DNA of 64,000 nucleotides, taken from positions 128,340,001 through 128,404,000 of the forward strand of contig OZ038378.1 in the NCBI GenBank assembly GCA_964036045.1. Direction: 5' to 3'. This document shows positions 35,570 through 49,100 of the stretch, one piece after another. Each line of letters starts with the position of its first letter. Within the stretch, counting starts at the first letter, position 1. The notes under the pieces were generated by a model. It was not told the origin of the DNA and made no database searches. It was given only the letters and a program-made list of their open reading frames with translations. The DNA comes from Eutreptiella sp. 'Long Island Sound 2002' (taxonomy: Eukaryota; Protista; Euglenida). The translations under genes were made by a program, and so were the position numbers.

Positions 35570-38500
35570 AAATCACCTCGCAGAGGTTGTTAGATCAAAG
35601 CCACGCAGGCCCGTATGTAGAGGAAAACGCCACATACCCCCCCATTTCGGGCCTTTTTGGGCCTATTCGCGTACCCTACCCCAAGGGGTTGAATTATTAG
35701 TTGGACCCCTTGTAAAACCATTAGTTGTCGAATAAACACATCCCCCAATGAGTTTTTGGTCCGGACCCCCCCAGACCCCCCCCACTTGAAATCCACTTTT
35801 TGGAGCTTCTAAGGGGGGAGCAGTGGGGGGTGGGGGTGGGGTGGGGTGGTCAAAACTGTCGAAAAAACGACCCCCCATTTTTTGGGTCGAAAATCAATAA
35901 TCCTTTGGTTTTTTTCAATTTTGAGCCGAAAGTTTTTTCCGGGTCCCCACTCCATGGGGTTTGTATGGGGCGGAGTGGGACGAGCGCTGATGTAGTTGAT
36001 GCACTTTTCAGCCGTTTTTGCTATGTTGGCTGTTTTGGCGACCTCGGTGACCCCTAGGTACCCACTCTGAGGGGTGTGAGTGGGGATGTTGTGACAGTAT
36101 ATGGTTGTTAGATCAAAGCCACACAGGCCCGTATATAGGGGAAAACGCCACATACCCCCCCTTTGGGGCCATTTTGGGGCTATTCGCTACCCTACCCCAA
36201 GGGGTTGAATTGTTAATTCCACTCCTTGTACAATCATTCTTTTTCGAATAAACGCATCCCCCAATGAGTTTTTGGTCTGGACCCCCCCAGACCCCCCCCA
36301 CTTGAAACCCACTTTTTGGAGCTTTTGAGGGAGGTGGGGGGGGGGGGGCTGGGGGGGGGGGTCAAAAAATTGACTCCCCCCTTTTTTTGGGTCGAATATC
36401 ATGAATCTTTTGGTTTTTTTCGATTTTGAGCTGAAAAAAATTTTTCGGGTCCGACTCCATGGGGTTTGTAGGGGGCGGAGTGGGACGAGCGCTGTTTATG
36501 CACTTTTCAGCCATTTTTGCTATTATGGCGGTTCTGCCGACCTCGGTGACCCCGTGGTACCCTCTCTCAGGGATGTGAATGGGGCTGTTGTAACAGTACA
36601 TGCGTACTAGGATACGAAAGGACGTTTTTTTGCTGTCTGTAGCCTTCCCAAGGGCCAGTCAAAACCCATGCCAAAGACGCGAAATGCCTCTTTCCACGAA
36701 GAATGGCTTAGTGAATGGGCCGGTGCACAACCTGCTTATGCAGGTATTCACCTTCGACAGCTGAAAACCGAAGTCTATGAAACTTATTTCTTTGATATTG
36801 TGATCGCATAAAATGACCATCCAAGGTATGTGAAGCATGTTTTAGACCGTATTTATGTGGTTTTCACCTTATTTGGGTATTGGGCGCGGGTGGGGGGGGG
36901 GGTCTCACAAGGGATTGGTACACAACCTGCTTACACAGTTTTTCACCCTGGACAGCTCAAAAGTGGAAGTTTTTGAAACTTATTTTTTTGATACCCTGAT
37001 CACCTAAAATGACCATCGAAGGTATGTAAAGCATCTTTTAGGCTGTATTTATTCGTTTTTCACCCTATTTGCGTATTGGGCGGGGCAGGGGGGGGGGGGG
37101 GCTCCAAACGGATTGGTACAGAACCTGCTGATGCAGTTTCCCCCCTGGGCAGCTCAAAAATCGAAGTTTTGGAAACTTAGTTTCATGATATTGTGATCAC
37201 CTACAATGACTATCCAAGATACTCAAAGCATGTTTTACCCCGTATTTATGTACTTTGTACCCTATTTTGGGTGTGTGTTCCTTGGGGTAGATTCTCTACG
37301 AGGTGGACTTGCCGAAGGCAATAGAATTGAAAATCACCTCGCAGAGGTTGTTAGATCAAAGCCAGGCAGGCGTATATAGGGGAAAATGCCACATACCCCC
37401 CCATTTTGGCCTTTTTGGGCCTATTCGCGTACCCTACCCCAAGGGGTTGAATTGTTAGTTTAACCCCTTGTAAAATCATTATTTTGTCCAATAAACGCAT
37501 CCCCCAATGAGTTTTTGGTCCGGACCCCCCCCTAACCCCCCCCACTTGAAACCCACTTTTTTGAGGTTTTGAGGGAGGGGGGGGGGGTGGGGGGGTGGGG
37601 GGGGGGGTGGGGGGGGGGGGTCAAAAAATGACCCCCCCTTTTTTTGGGTCGCAAATCATGAATCTTTTGGTTTTTTTTTATTTTGAGCCGAAAAAGTTTT
37701 TCCGGGTCCCGACTCCATAGGGTTTGTATGGGGCGGAGTGGGACGAGCGCTTATGCAGTTTATGCACTTTTTCAGCCATTTTTGCTATGTTGGCGGTTTT
37801 GGCGACCTCGGTGACCCCGTGGTATCCACTTTGAGGGGTGTGAGTTTTCGAAACTTGTTTTTTTGATATTGTGACCACTTACAATGATGAAATATGCTAT
37901 GTAAAGCATGTTTTAGACCCTCTTTGTGTGTTTTTCACCCTATTTGGGTGTGGGGGGGGGGGTACCAAGGGGTGTAGGGCACACAACCTGCTAATGCAGT
38001 TTTCAGGCCTCGGCAGCTCAAAAATGGAATCACCTCGCAGAGGTTGTTAGATCAAAGCCAGGCAGGCGTATATAGGGGAAAACGCCACATACCCCCCCAT
38101 TTTGGCATTTTTGGGCCTATTCGCGTACCCTACCCCAAGGGGTTGAATTGTTAGTTTAACCCCTTGTAAAATCATTATTTTGTCCAATAAACGCATCCCC
38201 CAATGAGTTTTTGGTCCGGAGCCCCCCAGACCCCCCCACTTGAAACCCACTTTTTTAAGGTTTTGTGGGAGGGGGGGGGGGGTGGGGGGGGGGGGGGGTG
38301 GGGGGGGGTCAAAAATGTCGAAAAAATGACCCCCCCTTTTTTTGGGTCGAAAATCATGAATCTTTTGGTTTTTTTCGATTTTGAGCCGAAAAAGTGTTTC
38401 CGGGTCCCGACTCCATTGGGTTTGTATGGGGCGAAGTGGGACGAGCGCTTACGCAGTTTATGCACTTTTCAGCCATTTTTGCTATGTTGGGGGTTTTGGC

Positions 38501-41500
38501 AAACCCGATGACCCCGTGGTACCCACTCTGAGGGGTGTGAGTAGGGATGTTGTGACAGTATATGCCTACTAGGATACAAAAGGACTTTTTTTGCAGTCTG
38601 TAGCCTTGCTTAGGGCCGGTTAATGCCCGTGCCAAAGACGTGAAATGTCTGTTTCCACCAATAATGGCCTAGTGAATGGGCCGGTACACAACCTGCTTAT
38701 GTAGTTTTTCACCTTGGACAGCTCAAAAATCGAAGTTTTCGAAACTTGTTTTTTTGATATTGTCATCACCTACAATGACCATCCAAGGTATGTAAAGCAT
38801 GTTTTAGGCTGTATTTACGTGTTTTTCACTTTATTTGGGTATTGGGTGGGGGGGGGGGGTCTCCCAAGGGATGGGTACACAACCTGCTTGTGCAGTTTTT
38901 CACCCCGGGCAGCTCAAAAATCGAAGTTTCCGAAACTTGTTTTTTGGATATTGTGACCACTTAAAATGACCATCCAAGCTATGTAAAGCATGTTCTAGGC
39001 CGTATTTGGATGTTTTTCACCCTATTTGGGTATTAGGTCCCGGGGGGGGGGGGGTCTCCCAAGGGATTGGTACACAACGTGGTTATGCAGTTTTTTACTC
39101 ATGGCAGCTCAAAAATCGAAGTTTTCGAAACTGGTCTTTTTGATATTGTGACCACCTAAAATGACCATCCAAGCTATGTAAAGCATGTTTTAGGCTGTAT
39201 TTACGTGTTTTTCATCCGATTTGGGTATTAGGTCGGGGGGGGGGGGGTCTCCCAAGGGATTGGTACACAACCTGCTTCTGCAATTTTTCGCCCTTGGCAG
39301 CTCAAAAATCGAAGTTTATGAAACTTGTTTTTTTGATATTGTGATCACCTAAAATGGCCATCCAAGGTATGTAAAGCATGTTTTAGGCCATAGTTACGTG
39401 TTTTTCACCCTATTTGGGTATTGGCTTGGGGGGGGGGGCGGGCTTCCAAGGGATGGGTACACCCACAACCTGCTCATACAATTTTTCACCCTGGGCAGCT
39501 CAAAAATCGAAGTTTTGGAAACTTATTTTTTTGATATCGTGATCACGTAAAATGATCATCCAAGCTATGCAAAGCATGTTTTAGCCCGTATTTATGTAGT
39601 TTATACCCTATTTTGGGTGTGTGTTGCTTGGAGTAGATGCTCTGCGAGGTGGACTTGCCGGAGGCAATAGAATTTTGCAAACAAATAACCTCGCAGATGT
39701 TGTTAGATCAAAGCCACACAGGCTTGTGTACAGGGGGAAACACCACATACCCCCCCTTTGGGGCCTTTTTGGGGCTAATCGCATACCCTACCTCAAGGGG
39801 TTGAATTGTTTGTCTAACGTCTTGTAAAATGATTGTTTACTCCAATAAATGTATCCCCCAATGAGTTTTTGGTCCGGAACCCCCCATACCCCCACCTACA
39901 CATGAAGCCCACTTTTTTGGCCTTTTGACGAAGGGGGGTGGGGGGGGGGTCAAAGATGTCGAAAAAATGACCCTCTTCTTTTGACTCAAACATCATGAAT
40001 CTTTCCGTTTTCTTTTATTTTGAGCTGAACAAGTGTTTCCGGGTCCCAAATCCATGGCGTTTATATGGGGCCAAGTGGGACCGACCGCTCATGCGGTTTA
40101 TGCACTTTTTAGCCACTTTTGCTATGTTGGCGGTTTTGGCGACCTCGGTGACCCCTAGGTACCCACTCTAAGGGGTGTGAGTGGGGATGATACGAAAGTA
40201 TACGCCTACTGGGATATGGAAGCACATTTTTCTGCGGTCTCTAGCCCTGCCGAAGCGCAGAAAAACGTGCCAAAGACGCGAAATGACTCCCCCCACCAAT
40301 AATGGCTTACATGAGTGAATGGGTCGGTGCATCACCTACCGCTTTTCACCCTCAATAGCTCAAAAAAAAAATTTGATGTTGTGATCACCTAGAATGACTA
40401 TCCAAGGTATGTAGAAATGTTTTAGGCCGTATTAACGTGTTTTCCACTTTATTTGGGTATTGGAAGCGGGGGGGGGGGGGTCCAAACGGATTTGTACACA
40501 ACCTGCTGATGCAGCTTTCCACCATGCACAACCATATACCACATCCGCCCCATACAAACCCCATGGAGTTGGGAGCCGGAAGCACTTTCTCGGCTCAAAA
40601 TCCAAAAAAGCCAAAAGATTCATGATTGTCGACTCCAAAAAAGGGCGGTCTTTTTTCGACATTTTTGACCCCCCTCCACCCCTGCCCACGGTGTGGGACG
40701 AGCGCTGATGCTGTTTATGCACTTTTGAGCCATTTTTGCCTTGTTGGCGGTTTTGGCGACCTCGGTGACCCCTAGGTACCTACTCTGGGGGGTCTAAGTG
40801 GGGATGTTGCGAAAGTATATGCCTACTAGGATACGAAAGGACATTTTATACACTTTGTAGCTTTGGCGAGGGCCCATCAAAACCCGTACCAAAGACGTGA
40901 ACGGGTGGGGGTTAGGTTTACGTGAAATGACTGTTTCCACCAATAATGGCTTGCATGAGTGAATTGGCCGGTGTACAACCTACATTTTTTCACCCTAGAT
41001 CGTTCAAAAAATCGAGGCTTTCGACACTTACTTTTTTTTGATATTTTGATCACCCAAAATGACCATCCAAGGTATGTAAAGCATGTTTTAGGCCGTGTTT
41101 AGGTGTTTTTCACCTTATCTTGGGAACCTGGTGCGGGGGGTTCTCCCAAGGGGCTGGTACACAACCTGCTTATGTAGCTTTTCACCCTAGACAGCTCACT
41201 AGTCAACGTTTTTAAAACTTATTTTTTTGATGTTACGATCACCTAAAATGACCATCCAAGGTATGTAAAGCATGTTTAGGCCATATTTATTTGTTTTCGA
41301 CCCAGTTCGGGCATTGGGTGTGTGGGGGGTGTACAACGGGATTCGTACACAACCTGCTAAAGCACTTTTTCAGCCCATAGAGCACAAAACTCGAAGTTTC
41401 CAAACCTTATTTTTTTGATGCTGTGATGACCGAAAATGACCATTGAAGGTATGCAAAGCATGTTTTAGGCCGTATTTACGTCTTTTTCACCTTATTGGTA

Positions 41501-43000
41501 TTTGGCGCGCGGGGGTGAATGTTCAAATGGGATTGGTACACAACCCGCTTATGCAGCTTTTTAGCCTATACAACTCAAAAATCGAAGTTTTTGAAACGCA
41601 TTTTTTTTATCTCGCAAAGATCGACGGGCAACATAATTTCCCTGTCCTAGTTTCGAAACAATGTCATGGTAGGAGGACATGGTCCCACAGCATAGTGCAC
41701 GATGACAAAAGTGATAGATACCCTTACGACTAGTTGGAGTTTGCCGGTTATTTGCCCTTTACTGGCGACGCAATGCATGTCTACACAGAAACCAGTTTGA
41801 CGCAGAGTGTCACAGCCATGGGCAGGCCTGACGCAGAGCGTCTCAGCCATGGGAATTACCGTGCACCTCTCGGACACACTCCCCCCGCTCATCTACACGT
41901 AATCATCCAACGTAAAACATGACATGGGGCCTCGAATGCGCTGTGACTATGCAAAGCCCATGGGCCGGAGACTATAAACACATTGCTAGCATTACGGTCA
42001 TCGCCGTTGTGGATGTAGAATACATACAGTACATGTTTCCTCTAGTCATGGTTAGGAGTTCTCGTGAGCATCACACCTTGGTTCCGACGTGCACCGCTTT
42101 CCGATTGCCCTCGATCGGCCGTTCTGCGCGTGTTGCACTATGCCGTGCCCCGCACTATCAGCTGTACACTTTGTGATGTCGAAGCCACCCAAGCATGGCC
42201 GGTGCCCATTCTATATTCTGTGCCGGCCACTCGTGACAGGATCTTTCACGTTTTGCGCGTATGGCTCCGAAAACATGCAATGTGCTCAAGTCCAGTGTAT
42301 GCCTCCTGGCATGTGTTGCATTCAGGACCCTATACCCCGGCATGCCCCATCTGGTGCTACAATTTTCCTCCACTATTAGCAAATTCACCACGAACAGATT
42401 CCCCAGGGTCCATTCCAGTGGGGCTTACCCCCAGGGGGGAGGGGATCTCCGGCTTTCCAGCCATATCTCTACATATGTGAACTCAGAAGCGCTAATGGCA
42501 GATCCAAGAATCCCAGCTTAGCAAGGGCTACGATTAGCGTACTACTACAGGGCGGCTGCTAACTTGTCGGTGTCCCATCCACGGGTTGTCTTTGGGTTGC
42601 ATTCTCTATGATAGAAAGGTGCCTATGGTCATTTAGGCCACTGCCGAGCCTCTTTCTTCTTTCGCATTTTGTGCCGATTGCCACTAGTGCGCACACGCAC
42701 TAGCACAAGCTTCTACCTGGGGGACAAACGGGACTGGTACACAACCTGCCGATGCAATTTTTCACGCTATACAGCTCAAAAATCAAAGTTCCCAAAACTT
42801 GTTTTTCCTGATATTGTGATCATTCAAAATGACGATGCAAGATATGTAAAGCATGTTTTAGCCCATGTTTAGTTACTTTTTACCCTATTTTGGGTGTGTG
42901 TTGCTTGGGGTAGATTCTCTACGAGGTGGACTTGCCGAAGGCAATAGAATCACATCGCACAGGTTGTTAGATCAAAGCCACACATGCCCATATTTCTTTG
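35570..43000 (+). repeat. Higher-order satellite: ~80-bp linker + ~650-bp unit A + n x ~190-bp unit B
   Basis: GTTGTTAGATCAAAGCC starts unit A at ~35586, 36106, 37347, 38043 and 39699. GTACACAACCTGCT recurs at ~38685, 38873, 39069, 39262 and 39455 (period ~190). Confidence 0.9.
41600..42700 (+). repeat. Interspersed ~1-kb decayed coding-like module
   Basis: The 3' ~850 bp is repeated inverted at 52400-53270; the 5' part is repeated at 45930-46130. Confidence 0.75.
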
Positions 43001-43589
43001 GCTACCACGCGTAGAGCGCATAGCACGAAATTTTCTCGCGTTTTTGCTTTTATCATTGTTTTGTGCTTCCGGGGGGTTTTCGAGGGTGCCCGACGCAATG
43101 TAACTATCCGTTTAGCTCAATTCAACCATTTTTGAGGAGAGAAGCACAATTGCCTCCTGCCTCTGCCTCTGTCTTGGTGCTACGCATGCTGCGTGTGTTG
43201 CGTGTCCTGCGCGTTTCGGTCCGGTGCCTCTGAGTCTGCCTCTGGAAGTTTTCCTACGCGTTCTACGCGTTCTGCAGGGGCTAATTGCTTCACACCTATC
43301 ATACCACACCCGTTTTTTTTTATGCGATGCTTGCACCCGTGTACTCTGCCACACACCTGCACTGGTTCCCAATGGAACTCAAACGTGCGTATTCGAACGA
43401 CAATTGCCTCTCGCCTATGCCTTTGCCTTCGTGCTACATTGCCCACGTGTGTTGGGTGTTTTGCGTGTTGTCGTTTTTCGCTTCTGACGTTGCTTCTGGA
43501 GCCGTTGTACGCGTGCTACGTGCTCTGCAGCATGTTTTTGCCTCAACATTCCTAGGCCGCTCTGCTTTTATGGTGCAGGAGCCATGCCT

Positions 43590-44640
43590 GCACCCCTGTA
43601 CCCCGCCACACATTCTCAATGGTTGCAGAAGGGTGGGAAGCTGGGAGAGTGGAAGCATCCGGAGAAACTGAAGCACGGCGCCTTCGTTGTCTCTCAAATT
43701 AAACAAGCCACGGGTATGTGTGTGTGTGAAGGCGAAGCCAGAGGCAAAGCCAGAGCAGGAGGAGCTGTCCAAGAAGAAGAAGCAAAAGACGAAGAGTCCA
43801 CCCAAGAAGAAGAGCAAGGGCGCGCAGAAAGTGGAGGAGAAGCCCAAGCATGTGCGTTACGCAGTGGAAGGCGAACCGCACAGGACGATGCCCACAGGTG
43901 CAACCCGAGGGGAGAAGTACCAAGCCGGGGCCGCCTACGACAACGATGTGCAGGCCATGCAGCGCACCCTGGAGTTGGACTACGAAGTGTCACTCGGACG
44001 AGTATGCCAACACTACAAAGTGTGTTTGGCCGAGGAAACAGAAGCGCGCCGCGAATTGGGCCTGGCGCTGCTTCTGGTGACGGACGTGCGGGCTTACAGT
44101 GTGCAGATGGTCCTCCGCTGTGGCACGAAGAATGCACAAAGCACGGCCGCTGCCAGAGAACTGTTTGAGGAGCGATACCGCAGCAGCTCACCCCGCCAAG
44201 TCGCAATCGGGTTGATCAAGGGGGTTTCGGTTTGCACGAACTGTGTCTGAGCCCCGGACTGGCCTACGGACTTTGGTGACCCTGCAGCTGCAAGCCTGCC
44301 GTTGGCGAAGTTGAAGGGGGAGCCCCTTTCGTCAGGATACCGACCACGGCGCAGCACGGACCAACTGAGTGCGTTTGGTGCGGAGGGCGAGGAGGACGAG
44401 GAGGACGAGGAGGACGAGGAGGGTGAGGAGGATGAGGAGGATGAGGAGGACGACGAGGATGAGGAGGATGAGGAGGACGAGGAGGATGGAGAAGATGAGG
44501 AGTAGTGTGGTGGAATGGGGGGCTTGAACGAGACGATCATGGAGGCGGAGCCTCTGCTATCCCTAGCCATGGGACCAGTGCGAACCCTGGGGGACAACCG
44601 CGTAGGCTGGATACCCAACTGTGAGGACTTGGCCCCTCCT
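43590..44640 (+). pseudogene. Orphan gene remnant: lysine-rich N-terminus, globular middle, long Asp/Glu tract
   Basis: ORFs 43687, 44302 and 44515 share one frame, interrupted by TGA (44248) and TAG (44503). Contains SKKKKQKTKSPPKKKSK and a (GAG GAY GAG)n tract at 44385-44502. Confidence 0.55.
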
Positions 44641-44869
44641 CGATGTGCGCCCGTGTGCAAAGCGACGTGCTGCGCGTTCTGCGCGTTCCGGTATTTCAAT
44701 GCTGCACGGGCCTGTGGAGGCGTGTGTTCGGCGTGCTACGCGTTCTATGCGTGTTACTTGGTCTGTACGTGTTGTACGCGTTGTGCGCGCTCTACGCGCT
44801 TACAAAACCTTACGTGCAACACCGTTGGCCGCAAAAGTGCGCCTCCGGCCAGAAACGTACAGATGGTAG

Positions 44870-46130
44870 ACAAAGGAATATACAGGGGGAAATGCCACAC
44901 ATCTACCCATTTTGGGTCTACCTGGGCCTATTTGAGTACCCTACCCGAAAGGGTTCAATTGCTGATTTAAGCCCTTGTAAAATCATTATTTTGTCGAATA
45001 AACACACCCCAATGAGTTTTTGGTCTCGGACCCCCCATACGCCCCCCCCCCACTTCAAAACCCGCTTTTCAAGGTTTTGAGGGAGGGGGTGGGGGGGGGC
45101 GGGGGGGGGGGGGGGGGTCCGCCCCATACAAACCCCTTGGAGTCGGGACCTGGAAGCACTTTTTCGGCTCAAAATAAAAAAACCAAAAGATTCATAATTT
45201 TCGACCCGAAAAAATCAGGTTGGTCATGTTTTTCGACATTTTTGACCCCCCCCCCCCTCCCGCCCACAGTGGTGTGGGACGAGCGCTGATGCGGCTTATG
45301 CACTTTTCAACCATTCTTGCTAGGTTGACGGTTTTGGCGACCCATAGGTACCAGCTGTGAGTGGTGTGAGTGGGGATATTGTGATAGCATATGTCTAATA
45401 GGATGTGAAAGCACATTTTTTGCAATCTGTAGCCTTGCCGAAGGCGGGTCAAAACCTGTGTCAAAGACGGGAAACGGCTGTTTCCACCAATAATAGCTTT
45501 CATCAGTGAATGGGCCAGTGCACAACCTACATCTTCCGACCTAAAAAGCTCAAAAATGTTGAAGTTTACGAAACTTTTTGTTTAATATTGTGATCACCTG
45601 AAATCACCATCCAAGGTATGTAAAGCATGTTTTAGGCCGTATTTATTTTTTTCTGCTCCAGTTGGATATCGGGTGCGGGGGGGGGGGTCCAACAGGAATT
45701 ATACACAACCTAATGAAGTACTTTTTCCACGTGGACATCTCAAAAATGCATTTTTTCGAAAATTACTCTTTTGTTATTGTGATAACTCAAAACGACCATC
45801 CAAGGTATGTAATGCTTGTTTTAGGCCGTATTTTCGTGTTTTTCACCCGATTCGGGCATTGGGGCGGGGCTGGGGGGTTCAAGTGGGATTGGTACACAAC
45901 CCACTCATGCCGTTTGTCACCCTATACACCCTACTTTTTTGATATGGCAAACGCCGACAGGCAACATACTTTCCCTGTGCCAATTCCGAGACAACGTCAC
46001 GGTAGGAGCAAGTGGTCCCACATCACATTGCACAATGACAGAACTGACATAACCCATTACTACGATTTGGAACCGAACGGTCTTGTGCCCATGTATTACA
46101 GGCACATTGCATGTGTGCGCTGAAGCATGC
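44870..46130 (+). repeat. Satellite unit A + 2 B units + 5' part of the 1-kb module
   Basis: Same diagnostic motifs as 35570-43000. Confidence 0.85.
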
Positions 46131-46139
46131 GTGACATGG

Positions 46140-49100
46140 AGCATCACAGCTATGTGGGATGCGGTGCTCTAAGGAGTAGTTCGTAACCCCCCCATTTTTA
46201 GGGGTTGTTGATCTGGTTGGAACCCGGAGTTTCACGTGTTACATGGGCGTACTATGATGCAACAATGTGCCTTATGTGAGTCGTTTGCTCAATATTGCCC
46301 GCATTGCTTTTTTGGTGATTTGGTCTTTTTGTGCTCTAACTAGTTAGAACGGGGTTAGTGCACTAGTCATGGTGGGGGTTATCACCCGATAACCTAGTTA
46401 TGGCGGAGGTTACCTCCATAGTTATCGCGCAAGAACTAGTTATCGCGGAGGTTATCGCGCTTCGTTTGCTCTTGTTCCATGTTTCCTCTTTTCGTCCTAG
46501 CTCTCAAATTCTTTGTCATGGCCCTTGCCGCTACCCATGCTTGGTGCGAGCACCATCAAAAGCTCCTTGCAATTCATTGTCTTGGCGGACCTCAGGGGTT
46601 TACAATGGGTGACACCTCGGTGAGGCGCCCTGTGGCGAGTCATTCTGAGAAGCGTGTGGATTTTGCACTCCTAATTCATAAGTCCCGTTTAATGGTCGAA
46701 GACAAGGACGCCGTGGTTCCCAGCAACTACATCTCTCAGTTGTTCGAAGTAAATTCAGGGGTTGCTTTTTTTTGGTCCAGCTGCATCCTGAGGACGAGGA
46801 GGTGGTGCTGGAGTCCGTCACAGCCCACGCCGAGAAGGGTGCGGGGACGAAGACAACCCTCTATGTGGGCCAGGATGAAGAGGACGACGAGAAGGAAGGG
46901 AGGAAGGGTAGTAGGAGGTGGAGGCTAGGTGGCGGAAGGACACACTGGAGGATTCAGGGGTCGGCGGCACATGAGGGTTGGGTGCAGGGGGAAGCGTGCA
47001 ACCAAGTGGTACAACTGCGACCGGGCGTGGTTGTGCGCGGTTCACAAAGTTGGGATTAATGTGCCGTGCTATGAGGGTGAGGACATGGAGGGCGGGGAGG
47101 AGGAGGGGGGGGGGAGGCACAATGGGGTGAGCATCCAGCAATGTGTTCAATGCTTGCTCCCGGTGTGAACAATCACCTGGCATTTTTTGTTGAGGAGGTG
47201 GGGGGGCAGAGGTGGTTGCCCCCCTCTCCACCGAGGAGGTTGGGGGGGGGGGCACCCCAACCAGTGCCCCTTGGCCAGGGTGTGCCAGGGGAGGCAGTGC
47301 CCTGGCCCCGCACGCAGGGGCATGTTGGCATTCATGTGCCGGCAGGCACCATTTTGGTGGTGAGAAGGGGAATGTATGGGGGAGTGGCCAGGTACCCTCT
47401 GGAGCTCGAGGGGCTAGCACAGGGGGTGGAATGGTGGCAGTTTGAAAACCGTGCGGCCGTGCCAGATTTTGTGTTGCTGCAGAGGATGAAACTCGAGCTT
47501 GACAAGCCCAAGAAGGAATCACGAGAAGGCATGCGCCCATGTCATGAGCTTTAAATAATGCGCACCAACCCCCACTCTAACTAGTTAACGCAGTAGTTGT
47601 CGTGTTCCAACTGGGTGCTCCAACTATGTATCGCGGCAGGTTATCGCTTTCTAACTAGTTTTTCCGGGGGTTATCGCAAGGGCCTACCGCGCTCTAGCTA
47701 AGGCATCGCGCGAGTTATCGCGGGTGTTATCGTGTGTTTTTTTGTAATTTTGCACATTGCATCCTCACCCACTGGCCACGATCAACCAAAACATCCGTGA
47801 AAAAGGACGATTTCCGGTAAAAATGAAGAGCAAAAACCAAAAGTGGTGTAAACATGTGTTGATTGACCCCGAACTATGTTTTAGCCACGCAAGGTGGTGA
47901 GGCTTGGGTACAAATGTAAAAAGGGCCCTACAAGAGGTAGCTTCTTGCGCACACCTTCTTGCGATGCACCCCACATGTCACTACGTTTGAATAGTGTGTA
48001 CTAATCCGTGATCTAACTAGTTATCGCGTTAGTTATCACATTTTTTTTTGCTACTCTAACTAGTTATCGCTCTACGTTATCGCGTTCTAACTAGTTATCG
48101 CGGGGGTTATCACGGGGGGTAATCGCGCTCTAGGTGCGTTATGGCGGGAGGTATCGTGTGGTTTTTTTGTTGTTTTGTGCAATCACTCCTCACCCACAGG
48201 CGACGATCCTCTAGCTGCCCCGCCTATTCTCGTAGGACCTGGCCGACGTAGACGCAACAAGAGCAGCCGCTGCACCAGGTTCATGGGCCGCCAACCCGGT
48301 GGCGGTCTGTGCGGAATTGGAGGTGGAGGAGATCAAGAAGCTGCCGGAGGGGGCAGCCTGGAAGTGGGGGGACCCGGGATGAGAACTGCCGATAGGGGGG
48401 TAGAGGATGGTACCACAAGGTAACCATCCTGGAAAAAGAGGGGGTGTCGAAGAGGAAGACCCACCTCACCCTCCCCTCCTACGTCTGGGTGGGTGGGGGG
48501 AACCCCTTAGCTAGTTGGGCAAAAGTCCCTGAGGGGGAGACACTCGCCGCCTTCCTCTGCCTCTTCTGTCTGACCGAACCTCCCCAGAGGAAGACTTTCT
48601 ACTTCTACTTTCTTCTCCGATTGTGCTCTATGTGGAAGGACACCGGCGAACACGCGGGGCGGGAGGCTAGGGGGTCGGACATCCTCCGGGTGGGACGGGG
48701 GTACGACCCCCTCCCCCATAGCGTCCGCGATGCCACGGCATTGTTGGCGCATGAGTAACACCCCTGGGGGTGGAGGCCCACAAAGCCAAGTACCAGGGAG
48801 GAGGCGGTGCTGGTGGAGAAGGAGGCTGAGGCCTCCTCCTCTAAGGGCCAAGCACCAACCCCTTCGCCCAAAGCAGCGAAGGTTCACAATGTGCAGGCCC
48901 AGCCCCCCCCTCCCCCCGCCCTTGCGATGGGACCTTGTCCCGTACTGTGGCCACCGACATGACGGACACTTGCCAAACTCTGGTTGAGCAGGTAGGCGTC
49001 ACGTGCTTGGAAGGTGGACTAACGAAGGCACGGCAAGCTGAAAGGGGGTTGCGGCTTTGAAGGGGGAACAGCGAAACGGCAACACAACGTGCCCCGGACT

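Noticed and set aside
35544-41733. Many 60-100 aa ORFs in the satellite
   Set aside because: They recur with the repeat units, break at homopolymers, and show no protein motifs.
44094-44699. Poly-Ser ORF on the minus strand
   Set aside because: Antisense of the GAG/GAY acidic tract.
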